A DNA stretch of 64,000 nt from Candidatus Hecatella orcuttiae (lineage in GTDB: Archaea > Thermoproteota > Bathyarchaeia > Hecatellales > Hecatellaceae). Position 1 is the stretch's first letter, and each line of letters opens with the position of its first letter. The stretch covers positions 96,001 to 160,000 of the forward strand of contig MTLY02000002.1 of assembly GCA_002011035.2 (NCBI GenBank), written 5' to 3'. The position numbers and the translations under genes were made by a program. The notes under the pieces were generated by a model. That model saw only the letters and a list, made by a program, of their open reading frames with translations, searched no databases and was not told where the DNA came from. This document shows positions 8,854 to 17,129 of this stretch, piece after piece.

Positions 8854-10068
8854 CTAACCGGAGGTGTAGCTTTCGGCAATTTCGTAGAAGGCATCCTTAA
8901 CCTTTTTGAGCTGATCCCAGCTTAGGCTGTAGGTTGAGAGCTTGATGTGCTTGCTCATACCTCTGTGGATGCCTGTGATCCCCCTCCTGTTCAGCTCCTC
9001 CGCCAAGAAGAAACCTTTCCTCTTATGACGTTTGGATATCTCCCAGAAAACAGGGGTTTCAAAATGCATCAGATGATGTCGGTGAGGCCTATCCCCAATG
9101 AGCATGACGTCATCTAGTTTCTCCATTTCCCCGATAAACCAGCGGACTTTTTCCAGCTCTTCATTCCAATTTCTAACTCGCTCCACTACGTAGGGAAATG
9201 AAAGCATGGCGGAAACTAGGGGCACAGCGCCTACGCTACACCCGAAAAGGCTGGGAATCTTCTTCCCAAAAGCCCGGCCGCTCCAGTGGGTCACCATAGT
9301 GGAGCTTTCAAACGTTCGTTTAGCCCATTCAAAGTTGGTGACTAGAAAACCCAGAGGGCCTAGGGAGGCCATGGATTTGTGGGCTGAAACCGTCAGGAAG
9401 TCGGCTTTCATCTCCTTCATGTTCACCGGCATGACCCCGGCTGTGTACGCGGCGTTGACCATGTAGGGGATGTCATATTCCCTTGCAATCTCCCCCACCT
9501 CCTTCACAGGATTCAGGTTACCGTAGTAGGGGTCCGCATGGGTGACCACTATCAACGCGGGAAGCTTCCCCTTCTCCTTTTTAACCCGCTCTATTCTCTC
9601 AGCGAAATTTTTCGCCTCCACCCTGTACTCAGGATAGCCTCTGTGAACTGCCTCTTCCAATTCGAAGCCCGCCATCTCAGCGGCTATGACGGTTGTGTAG
9701 TGGCAGAGGGGATCGGTGACGATGACTTTGGCATATTCCCTCGACCCGTTTTCCGCTACATAGTCAGCCAAGGTTTTCATGACGGCGAATTGGGCTCCCC
9801 GGCAGCCGAAGGTATGCTCAGCCACGTCTCCCCCGAAGAACTCCGCCACATCGGCTTGGAAGTCTTTAACGGGAGGCTTGCCTATGAGGCTGGATCTCCC
9901 GTCTAGACAGTCAAAGCAGATGGCGTAGCCGGCTTTAGTCCAGCCTTCTTCCAGAAGCCTCTTCTGAACTTCTTGAGGGAGAATGCCCCCGGTCATGATG
10001 GGGTGGATGATAAGATATCCTTTGTGGGAGTTGCTGAGACGCCTATACCTTTGAAGATCTACCGTCGT
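8854..10068 (-). CDS. pscS: O-phosphoseryl-tRNA:Cys-tRNA synthase (SepCysS)
   Basis: PI-x-x-GGIL, CFDC, PLP-site SAHKS, FGCS, HKRKGFFLAEEL; conserved N-terminus extends upstream of ATG 9996 to ACG 10068. Confidence 0.9.
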   Translation of the reverse strand, partial: TTVDLQRYRRLSNSHKGYLIIHPIMTGGILPQEVQKRLLEEGWTKAGYAICFDCLDGRSSLIGKPPVKDFQADVAEFFGGDVAEHTFGCRGAQFAVMKTLADYVAENGSREYAKVIVTDPLCHYTTVIAAEMAGFELEEAVHRGYPEYRVEAKNFAERIERVKKEKGKLPALIVVTHADPYYGNLNPVKEVGEIAREYDIPYMVNAAYTAGVMPVNMKEMKADFLTVSAHKSMASLGPLGFLVTNFEWAKRTFESSTMVTHWSGRAFGKKIPSLFGCSVGAVPLVSAMLSFPYVVERVRNWNEELEKVRWFIGEMEKLDDVMLIGDRPHRHHLMHFETPVFWEISKRHKRKGFFLAEELNRRGITGIHRGMSKHIKLSTYSLSWDQLKKVKDAFYEIAESYTSG

Positions 10069-10071
10069 CCC

Positions 10072-11094
10072 TTATCCCTCATGTCCTATTTTCTGCAGGT
10101 GCCGCCTAACGTCACCTACGATCGACTTGAGAAGTCTCTCCAGGTTCTCCCCAGAGTAAAGGTCCACTCCCAGTTCATCTTCGCTGGCTGTGAGAATGAA
10201 GTCTATCCAAGGACCTCGTTGAACCACTTCATACGGTCTGATGGTTTCGGAAAGCCTTTCCACCGCTTCTTTAGCCTTTTCCTCCGAAGCCATTTTCAGG
10301 GGGATGCGAATGGTAAGCAGTTTAAATCTGCCCCTCAAATCCTTGTTGAGGTAGACCCTGACGTTGGTGCCATCGAATTTTCCAAGAAAATAATCGGTTC
10401 CCTTGGACAGGCCGATTTTTTCAAGTTCTTGAACGAGGTCCTTGGGTAGGTCGCTGGCCCGGCATCCGCAGAGGGGGCCTCCGCTTTTCATAACCTCCGA
10501 TATGGCTTCAGCTGCCTGCACATATACTTCAGGAGGAGCTCCGAAGATGACTTCGTCCTCTCGAAAATCAGCCAGTAGCCGGGCTCCTTTGCAGAGGAAA
10601 GACACATTGGGCTTACGGTCCAAGTAAGGTTTGGCAGTGAAATCGCTGCAAGCCTTCTCCCCTTTAAAGTCCGCGGCTAGGCTTTCGACCCCCGCACCTT
10701 TCAGGATACTGGTTAGCTCCATCATTTGTCTCGGAGTCAAAATCGCATGGACGACGTCGGGCTCTTCCTCCATCCGGCTGAGGGGAGCAACCTGTATGCC
10801 TTTCGTGTCCGCTGGCTTAACCCTAGGCTCAACCCCGGATAGCTTCGGCTCCCTGAAACCTAGGACGAAATGGGCTGTGGAGCAGGCTTCGTCGTCTTTC
10901 CCGTAAAGAAAAACCCTGTTTTCCATGGAAGCCAAGCGGAGCGTCTTACAGTACTCCATGGGTCTCTCAGGTTTGAGAGCCTCAGTTCCATGAGCGTCTT
11001 CCTTGAGAAGTTTCACTCCGACGAGGGAGTATTTTAAGCCGAGATAGCTTCTTATCGTTTCATCGATTTCCTTCCAGTTTCTTGGTTTCACCAT
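10072..11094 (-). CDS. DUF169-like Cys-containing protein with C-terminal extension (LCGC)
   Basis: VGVKL, YC, AC..AHFVLGF, PDVV...TPRQMM, ACSD, SFLCKGAR, EVIFG patterns. Confidence 0.75.
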   Translation of the reverse strand: MVKPRNWKEIDETIRSYLGLKYSLVGVKLLKEDAHGTEALKPERPMEYCKTLRLASMENRVFLYGKDDEACSTAHFVLGFREPKLSGVEPRVKPADTKGIQVAPLSRMEEEPDVVHAILTPRQMMELTSILKGAGVESLAADFKGEKACSDFTAKPYLDRKPNVSFLCKGARLLADFREDEVIFGAPPEVYVQAAEAISEVMKSGGPLCGCRASDLPKDLVQELEKIGLSKGTDYFLGKFDGTNVRVYLNKDLRGRFKLLTIRIPLKMASEEKAKEAVERLSETIRPYEVVQRGPWIDFILTASEDELGVDLYSGENLERLLKSIVGDVRRHLQKIGHEG

Positions 11095-11338
11095 AAGGTC
11101 ACTTCCTTTCCCAGCGTTGACTTTCTGAGGAGAATAGTCTCGTAGCGCAGGTTAAGCTTTCCTCCCAATCACATATATGCTTTAAAAATTTTTCATGATG
11201 CGGCAGGGGAAAATTAACCCGCTTTCTTAAGAAAGCCAATCCGGCTGGAAACCTAAAAGCTGAGGAGAGAAGACTACCCTCTATCTGAAGCCTTTCCGCA
11301 AAGCTTTGGGATGTTTTCGGAGAGGCAAACAAAAACCC

Positions 11339-11390
11339 TCCGCAACTTCTCTCACCGTATAACGGTGTTATGAATTTAAATATATATAAA
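11339..11390. promoter_or_regulatory. Inverted repeat CACCGT-ATA-ACGGTG next to a TATA-like tract upstream of the mtr operon
   Basis: Perfect 6-bp dyad at 11353..11367 followed by TTTAAATATATATAAA; similar sequence upstream of cbiA. Confidence 0.45.
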
Positions 11391-11550
11391 GATATTTCCT
11401 TACAGGCTGCAACCTACAAACAAGCCCGGAATAGGAGGTGGAGGGAGTTCGTTTTTTAGGACTCTCAACTATCCGCTTTCTTTGAAGCAAGAAGGGGGAT
11501 GCCAAAAAAATATATAGTGAGAGACTTTTAACTAGCAATAATGGTCGGCC

Positions 11551-12456
11551 ATGGAGTTCTTAACCGCCGCCATCGTCCTCGGTGTTTTCGCCTTTATTGT
11601 AAGCTTAGGAGCTATCATCGGCTGGTTTGAAGACCTAGAATCCGACACAGGCTCACAGTCAAATCCCAATTCCCAAGTTCAACTAGCCCCTCAGATGGGA
11701 GTGCGTCATCGAATCTACAACAAGGCGATTTCCGGGGAACCCATATCCAACGGGCTGTGGGGAGCGACGGCGGGAACTGTGTTCACCGTGTTATGGTACA
11801 GTTTCCAGGTTCACCCCCTCATCGCCTTAGCCGTCGCTTCATCTTTCACCACGTTGGTTCACATTTCTCTAGCGGTTTCCTCTCATCTGGGGAGAACGGC
11901 CAGCGTGAACATCTTCAAGCAACCCCTTTACTTGGATGTTGTTACAAGCCATCTTCCCCTCATCGCCTCCCACGGCTTCATCGTCAGCACGGCGCTGGTT
12001 GCCTTAGCCTACATTTTCTACAATGTTTTCTTCAGCTTGGAGGGGCTGCTCGGCTACCCTATGCCCATACCCTTCCTCAGCTTTCTGCTGGGAATAATGG
12101 CGGGAGCCGTGGGCTCTTCGACAGGGGACATTCACTACGGTGCAGAGAGGCAGTTTCAGCATTTTCCCTTCGGGGAAGGGGTTCCCAGCAAAAACTTCGG
12201 GCAGATAACCACCAAGGCGGAGGTAGGCTGGAGAACCAGCATAGATGTGACCTATTTCTGCGCCAAATACGGCGGCCCCATGGCCGGCTTCTGCTACGCG
12301 TTGATACTGCTGGTGGATAACCTACGCCTTTTGATAGGAAACTTCACCGTAATCCTGTTAAGCCTCATCACAGGGCTGATAATCTTAGCTGCGCTCATCG
12401 GTTTCAACCGGTATTTGGAGGTTTGGGCTCGGAAAAAGTTCGGTCCCTATGCTTGA
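11551..12456 (+). CDS. mtrE: H4MPT S-methyltransferase subunit E
   Basis: EDLESDTGSQSNPNSQVQLAPQMG, NKAISGEP, GSSTGDIHYGAER. Confidence 0.96.
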   Translation: MEFLTAAIVLGVFAFIVSLGAIIGWFEDLESDTGSQSNPNSQVQLAPQMGVRHRIYNKAISGEPISNGLWGATAGTVFTVLWYSFQVHPLIALAVASSFTTLVHISLAVSSHLGRTASVNIFKQPLYLDVVTSHLPLIASHGFIVSTALVALAYIFYNVFFSLEGLLGYPMPIPFLSFLLGIMAGAVGSSTGDIHYGAERQFQHFPFGEGVPSKNFGQITTKAEVGWRTSIDVTYFCAKYGGPMAGFCYALILLVDNLRLLIGNFTVILLSLITGLIILAALIGFNRYLEVWARKKFGPYA

Positions 12457-12470
12457 GAAGGTGTCTTCCC

Positions 12471-13211
12471 ATGATCGATGTAATGTTGCTGGTCCTGTTC
12501 ATGATAGGGCTTGGAGGAATCCTAGTTTGCGTAGGCGTCTTCCTCATTCCCATAGGCGGCGCCCCAGCGGCCATGTCTACAGCGACAGGCGTTGCCACGG
12601 GATGCGAAATGATAACCATGGGCGCTGGTGTAACCGGCCTGTTTTTGGCGGCAGCCTTCTACACCAAAAGTCTCATGTTCGTGATCATCACCGCCGGCGT
12701 AAGCTCCGCCCTCATGCTGGCGATCACCATGCTCTTCACCAACCTCATCGTCATCTTCGGCAAAGGAGTTCCCCCTGCCTTCGCCACCAAAGAGCGAGAC
12801 CCCATAACAGGGGACCCGATAAAACCCTACGTGACCCCGGGAACCGTCGGCCACGGTGTCCCCACCGCCCCCTATCTGGGCGGGGTGCTGGGTAGCTTTC
12901 TGGCTGGAGCGGGGGGAGCCTTGGCCTTCACAGCCATGTACCGGTTCAGCAGCGGTGCGACGTTGGCGGAGTTTGTAGGAGTCCTTCCCCAACCTGCCCC
13001 CCAAGTGGCAGCCATGGCTCTTTCCGTGATAACGGCGGTGGGTCTATACCTCATCAACGCTAACATAGCAGCTTACAGCATCCGAGGCGTCATCGAGTCT
13101 TGGCTGGATCCGAAATTTTCCAAGCTGCCCAGAGTTATCGCCGCCTGCTTCTCAGCTTCGATTCTTTTCGGAGTTCTCATCTTGTTGGTTTCAATAGGGG
13201 GTGTTGGATGA
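12471..13211 (+). CDS. mtrD: H4MPT S-methyltransferase subunit D
   Basis: IPIGGAPAAMSTATGVATG, DPITGD..PYVTPGTVGHGVPT, DPKF. Confidence 0.95.
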   Translation: MIDVMLLVLFMIGLGGILVCVGVFLIPIGGAPAAMSTATGVATGCEMITMGAGVTGLFLAAAFYTKSLMFVIITAGVSSALMLAITMLFTNLIVIFGKGVPPAFATKERDPITGDPIKPYVTPGTVGHGVPTAPYLGGVLGSFLAGAGGALAFTAMYRFSSGATLAEFVGVLPQPAPQVAAMALSVITAVGLYLINANIAAYSIRGVIESWLDPKFSKLPRVIAACFSASILFGVLILLVSIGGVG

Positions 13212-13215
13212 AAAC

Positions 13216-14019
13216 ATGGGCCATGTGACGAAAGGGGCTCCTAAGAAGCCTACCATAAATCCGAAATACTTAGCCATCATCGGAGTCGCCGTAGGGTTAC
13301 CCGGTGTCTATCTGGGGAAGTTTTCCCCCCTAATCCCCGCAGCGCTGGCCGTGCCCGCCCTTGTTTGGGCAGCAGACGCCATTCGCCGCATAGCCGGCTA
13401 CGGGTTAGGCACCGGAGTGCCCTCCATAGGTAATCTGGCCATAGGGATGGGTGTCCTCACAGCGCTGGTGGGGCTGAGATATGAGCCTGCGTTGGGCGTG
13501 GCTTTAGCGGCTCTCTGGGGCATTATGTACGGGGTTATCATCGGCAGATTGAAGATTTTGGAGATCCCTGTCTTCACCCGCTGCATAACCGAGCTGTCTG
13601 TAGGGGCCTCCGTGGGTTTGATGGCTCTCCTCAGCGCTGCTGCAGGAGGGTATACGGTGGATTTCTTCCAAGGGAGGCTTATGCCCATGATATTCTTGAC
13701 AGGGTTCGTCGTCGCCGTGTTTTGGGCCACCAGCATGACCATCTTCCACCCCTTCAACGCCTGTCTGGGGCCTGGGGAAAAGCAGACTCGAACCTTAAAG
13801 CTAGCCGTTGGTGTGGCGGGAATAGACGTAACTCTCGCCGGGATCTCCGCCCTAGGAGTGGCGGGGTTGAATCCTTCTATCATGACGTTGGAAGCGGCTG
13901 TGGGCATTATCTTCCTAGGGGCAGCGGTGTGGATTGGTGGATACTATGCTTTCATAAAGGCGGCCATAAAAGAATCAGCTTCGGTGATGTGGACAGGTTT
14001 TCCGGAGGCAAAGAAGTAG
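13216..14019 (+). CDS. mtrC: H4MPT S-methyltransferase subunit C
   Basis: ADAIRRIAGYGLGTGVPSIG, HPFNACLGPGEKQTRTL. Confidence 0.95.
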   Translation: MGHVTKGAPKKPTINPKYLAIIGVAVGLPGVYLGKFSPLIPAALAVPALVWAADAIRRIAGYGLGTGVPSIGNLAIGMGVLTALVGLRYEPALGVALAALWGIMYGVIIGRLKILEIPVFTRCITELSVGASVGLMALLSAAAGGYTVDFFQGRLMPMIFLTGFVVAVFWATSMTIFHPFNACLGPGEKQTRTLKLAVGVAGIDVTLAGISALGVAGLNPSIMTLEAAVGIIFLGAAVWIGGYYAFIKAAIKESASVMWTGFPEAKK

Positions 14020-14029
14020 AGGGAGAGCT

Positions 14030-14368
14030 ATGGCGGCTGAAATATCTAAAGAATACGACGTGATCTTAGACGCTGAAAACGGCCTCGTGGGAGAAGCTCG
14101 GATGGATGTGGTCACTCTTGACATCATGCCCTTGGAAAAAAGTTTGAGGGAACTGGAAAAGTTGGCGGAGGAGCTTCTCTCCAGCCTCAACCCAGCTTCA
14201 GAGCCTCTGTTTTCAAGGCCTCTCCGAGGAGGCATATACAGGAGAGCGGGGCTTCTGACCAATATCTTCCTAGGCTTTCTCATCGGCTGCCTGTTCTTCG
14301 CCATTATAATATTCACCTACTTGGCGGTTACGAGCCCTGAAGCCTTGAAGGCTGTGGGAGGAGGATAG
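14030..14368 (+). CDS. mtrB: H4MPT S-methyltransferase subunit B
   Basis: Operon position; LEKLAEELLSSLNP..RGG.YRRAGLLTN.FLGF single-TM pattern. Confidence 0.9.
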   Translation: MAAEISKEYDVILDAENGLVGEARMDVVTLDIMPLEKSLRELEKLAEELLSSLNPASEPLFSRPLRGGIYRRAGLLTNIFLGFLIGCLFFAIIIFTYLAVTSPEALKAVGGG

Positions 14369-14372
14369 TTCC

Positions 14373-15155
14373 ATGGGCCAAAAAGAAGGGGGCGAGACCG
14401 CGGAGCCCAAGCCTAAGGTGAATAAGGTTCCAGTGTCAGAGTGGCCTGTGGCTCCCGGAGACTATTACGTAGGCAACCCGGAGGGATGCGTGGCTGTGGT
14501 AACCCTTGCCTCCGCAGCCTTGATTAAACCCCTCCTCGAAAACCGGAACGTGGCTCTCTGTGGGGAATGTAAAACGGAAAACGTTGGGATTGAGAAGGTT
14601 ATCTTGAACACCATCTCCAACCCCAATATTCGATTTGTAGTGGTGTGCGGAACCGAGGTTGCAGGCCACGTGACCGGGGGATGCTTCAAGGCCCTGTGGG
14701 AATTCGGCGTTGACCCTGAAACCAAAAAGATCATAAAGGCTCCGGGGGCCATTCCCTACATTGAAGCCGTACCTCCTGAAGGCGTGGAGAGGTTCAGAAA
14801 ACAGGTTCAAATGGCAGCCATGGTGGATGTGGAAGACCTAGGAGTCATCCTAGCGAAAATAGAGGAGCTGGCAGCCCAAGACCCCGGCGCCTTCGGAGAG
14901 CCTCCGATGATCATTAAGATAGCGGAGAAGGTGGAGGAAAAAGCCGCTGTGAGAATTCCCCTGATGGTTTCCCTTCCCCCAGCCGTCGACTCTATGAGAA
15001 AAGTCGTCGGGGATGTGGAATACAAGGTAAGGCTTCTGACAAGGGAGAGAAGACTGACCATGGGTGTGTACTCCACGAGGCATTTAGGTTTCGCTCTGGG
15101 CTTTTTCGCTGCCTTAGGTACCTTGTTTCTGCTCCTCTTAGCTGGATTGGGGTGA
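14373..15155 (+). CDS. mtrA: MtrA corrinoid domain fused to an MtrF-type stalk and TM helix
   Basis: WPVAPGDYYVG, KTENVGIEKVILN, SNPNIRF, cobamide-ligand His in EVAGHVTG; tail VVGDVEYK.RL..R.RRL..G..STR..GFALGF is MtrF-like. Confidence 0.92.
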   Translation: MGQKEGGETAEPKPKVNKVPVSEWPVAPGDYYVGNPEGCVAVVTLASAALIKPLLENRNVALCGECKTENVGIEKVILNTISNPNIRFVVVCGTEVAGHVTGGCFKALWEFGVDPETKKIIKAPGAIPYIEAVPPEGVERFRKQVQMAAMVDVEDLGVILAKIEELAAQDPGAFGEPPMIIKIAEKVEEKAAVRIPLMVSLPPAVDSMRKVVGDVEYKVRLLTRERRLTMGVYSTRHLGFALGFFAALGTLFLLLLAGLG

Positions 15156-15156
15156 G

Positions 15157-15378
15157 ATGGTGGAGAAAGCCAAACGTAGGGCTGTAGAAACCTTGTACAC
15201 GCCGGAAATGGCTCTCATTGAGGCTCGGATACATGACCTGAAGACAAGGTTGCTTCTCATCGGAAGAGAGAACCGTTTTGCTGCAGGTTTTTACGGAGGC
15301 TTGGTTAAAGGATTCATGTGGGGCATGATCATCTCCCTGCTACTGTTCGGAGTTATATTCGCGTATTTCATACCGTGA
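15157..15378 (+). CDS. Small Mtr subunit in the mtrF position, resembling the C-terminal stalk/TM of MtrA
   Basis: PEMALIEARI..IG..NRFAAGFYGG.VKG.MWG single-TM protein. Confidence 0.75.
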   Translation: MVEKAKRRAVETLYTPEMALIEARIHDLKTRLLLIGRENRFAAGFYGGLVKGFMWGMIISLLLFGVIFAYFIP

Positions 15379-15389
15379 GGAGATACTGA

Positions 15390-15623
15390 ATGGTCGGTAA
15401 ACCGGACGGGGAAGAAGTAGTGGTTCCGACGGTAGTTACACCACCGGAGATAAAGGAGTTCCATGATAGACTGGACGCCGTCGATGAGAAGATCGAGTTC
15501 GTCCTCGGGGAGGTTGCCTTGAGGAGAGGTCTAACCGCTGGAACGTGGATGGGTTTCCTCTACGGCCTAGCGCTAGGCCTCACCATCATCACCTTCCTAA
15601 AATACGTGTTACATTGGATGTAG
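15390..15623 (+). CDS. mtrG: H4MPT S-methyltransferase subunit G
   Basis: VPTVV..RLDAVDEKIEF..GE...R.G...G...GFLYG. Confidence 0.92.
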   Translation: MVGKPDGEEVVVPTVVTPPEIKEFHDRLDAVDEKIEFVLGEVALRRGLTAGTWMGFLYGLALGLTIITFLKYVLHWM

Positions 15624-15632
15624 GTGATATGC

Positions 15633-16574
15633 ATGTTCAGGTTTGAAAGGGAACAAACCATAGTGGAAGTTGGAAAAGTGAAGTTCGGAGGACAGCCAGG
15701 CGAGCTGCCCACGCCCTTGGCGGGCACAATTTTCTACAAAGGGCATAAAATCATCACCGACCCGAAAAGCGGAGAATTCGACAGAGCTGCGGCTGAAGCC
15801 CTGTTGAAAAAGCAGGAAGAGCTTTCAGAACTCACAGGAGTTCCGCAGGTGGTTCAGGTTTTTGCGGAGGCCCCTGAAGTCATGATCAAGTATCTTGATT
15901 TCGTTTCAAACTTCACCGATGCCCCCCTCCTCATAGACTCCACAGACGCCACCACCCGGCTTCAAGGGGCTAAACATGCAGCGGAAGTGGGGCTACAAGA
16001 TAGGGCGATCTTCAACTCCATCAATGTTTCCATCACCGAACAGGAGATGGCTGTGCTCAGAGAAACCAGCCTGCCTGCTATTGTCTTAGCTTTTAACCCT
16101 AAGGATCAGACAACGGTAAAAGGGCGGATGGAAGTGATGACTACTGGAGCGGGTTTAATGGAAAAAGGCCTCCTAGACATTGCGAAAGAACTCACTGAAA
16201 AAATCCTTATCGACGTGGCAGCTACGGCTTTAAGCTTAGGGGCAGGGCCTTCTGAGAGGGCAACGTACGTGATGAAGACTAAATTCGGGCTGCCGGTGGG
16301 CACAGGCATACACAACGCTGTTTCAGCTTGGACTTGGCTTAAAAAATACAAGAAACAAATCCCTGAAGGAAAAGACGTTTACAGAGTCTGCGATATCTCC
16401 AGCTCCGTTGTCCATGTCCTATGCGGAGGAGATTTCATCCTTTACGGGCCTATTGAAAACGCTCCCTACATCTTCCCAACCGTAGCCTTCGCCAACATCA
16501 TGGTGGCCGAGGCTGTTAAGGAGGGCTTGGGAACGAAGCCGGCTGAGGAGCATCCCGTCAACAAACTCTGCTAA
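15633..16574 (+). CDS. mtrH: H4MPT S-methyltransferase subunit H
   Basis: MFRFEREQ, GGQPGELPT.LAGTIFY, LIDST, GIHN, GDFILYGPIENA. Confidence 0.96.
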   Translation: MFRFEREQTIVEVGKVKFGGQPGELPTPLAGTIFYKGHKIITDPKSGEFDRAAAEALLKKQEELSELTGVPQVVQVFAEAPEVMIKYLDFVSNFTDAPLLIDSTDATTRLQGAKHAAEVGLQDRAIFNSINVSITEQEMAVLRETSLPAIVLAFNPKDQTTVKGRMEVMTTGAGLMEKGLLDIAKELTEKILIDVAATALSLGAGPSERATYVMKTKFGLPVGTGIHNAVSAWTWLKKYKKQIPEGKDVYRVCDISSSVVHVLCGGDFILYGPIENAPYIFPTVAFANIMVAEAVKEGLGTKPAEEHPVNKLC

Positions 16575-16665
16575 AGCTCTTTCCTCCTTTTTTGTTTACG
16601 GTTTTTCAGCTAGATTTATAACCCTTAGGCTGAAATAATAGCTCAGAACTTCTCAGGTGTTTTAT

Positions 16666-17025
16666 ATGAGTTGGAGAGTGGCCAGTGAAATAAGGCAGAG
16701 GACAGGGCACCGGTTCAACATAGTCATCCAAAGCCTGCCTGAAGACAGCGAAGCGGCCATGACCTTCGAGGAGCTTTTCAGAAGAGTGAAGGCCAAAGAG
16801 TTTCTCGGGGATGAAGCCGAACTTGCGGAGAATCTGGATGCTTTAGAAAAAAGAAGAGAAATAGGCGTGAAGACAGGACCCGACCAAGTCAAGAGATATT
16901 GGGCAACTCCTAGAGGAAAACTGGAGACTAGAAAAAGAAAAGCCCTCATAAAACTTCACACCCAAGAGCTTACGGAAAATGAAGTGGCTGCCTTAGAAAG
17001 AATGGCCTCTAAACCTAAAGCCTAG
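16666..17025 (+). CDS. Hypothetical protein, possible winged-helix DNA-binding fold
   Basis: MTFEELF helix, LAENLDALEKR helix and wing-like VKRYWATPRG. Confidence 0.5.
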   Translation: MSWRVASEIRQRTGHRFNIVIQSLPEDSEAAMTFEELFRRVKAKEFLGDEAELAENLDALEKRREIGVKTGPDQVKRYWATPRGKLETRKRKALIKLHTQELTENEVAALERMASKPKA

Positions 17026-17129
17026 AAGCGCTAAACGGCTAGGCGAGCTTGAAGGGCCCTGTTCCGTAACTCTCACCGTTTCCGGTTTTTATTAAAATTT
17101 ATAGAAAGCCAAAGCCTCGGCGGCGTGAA

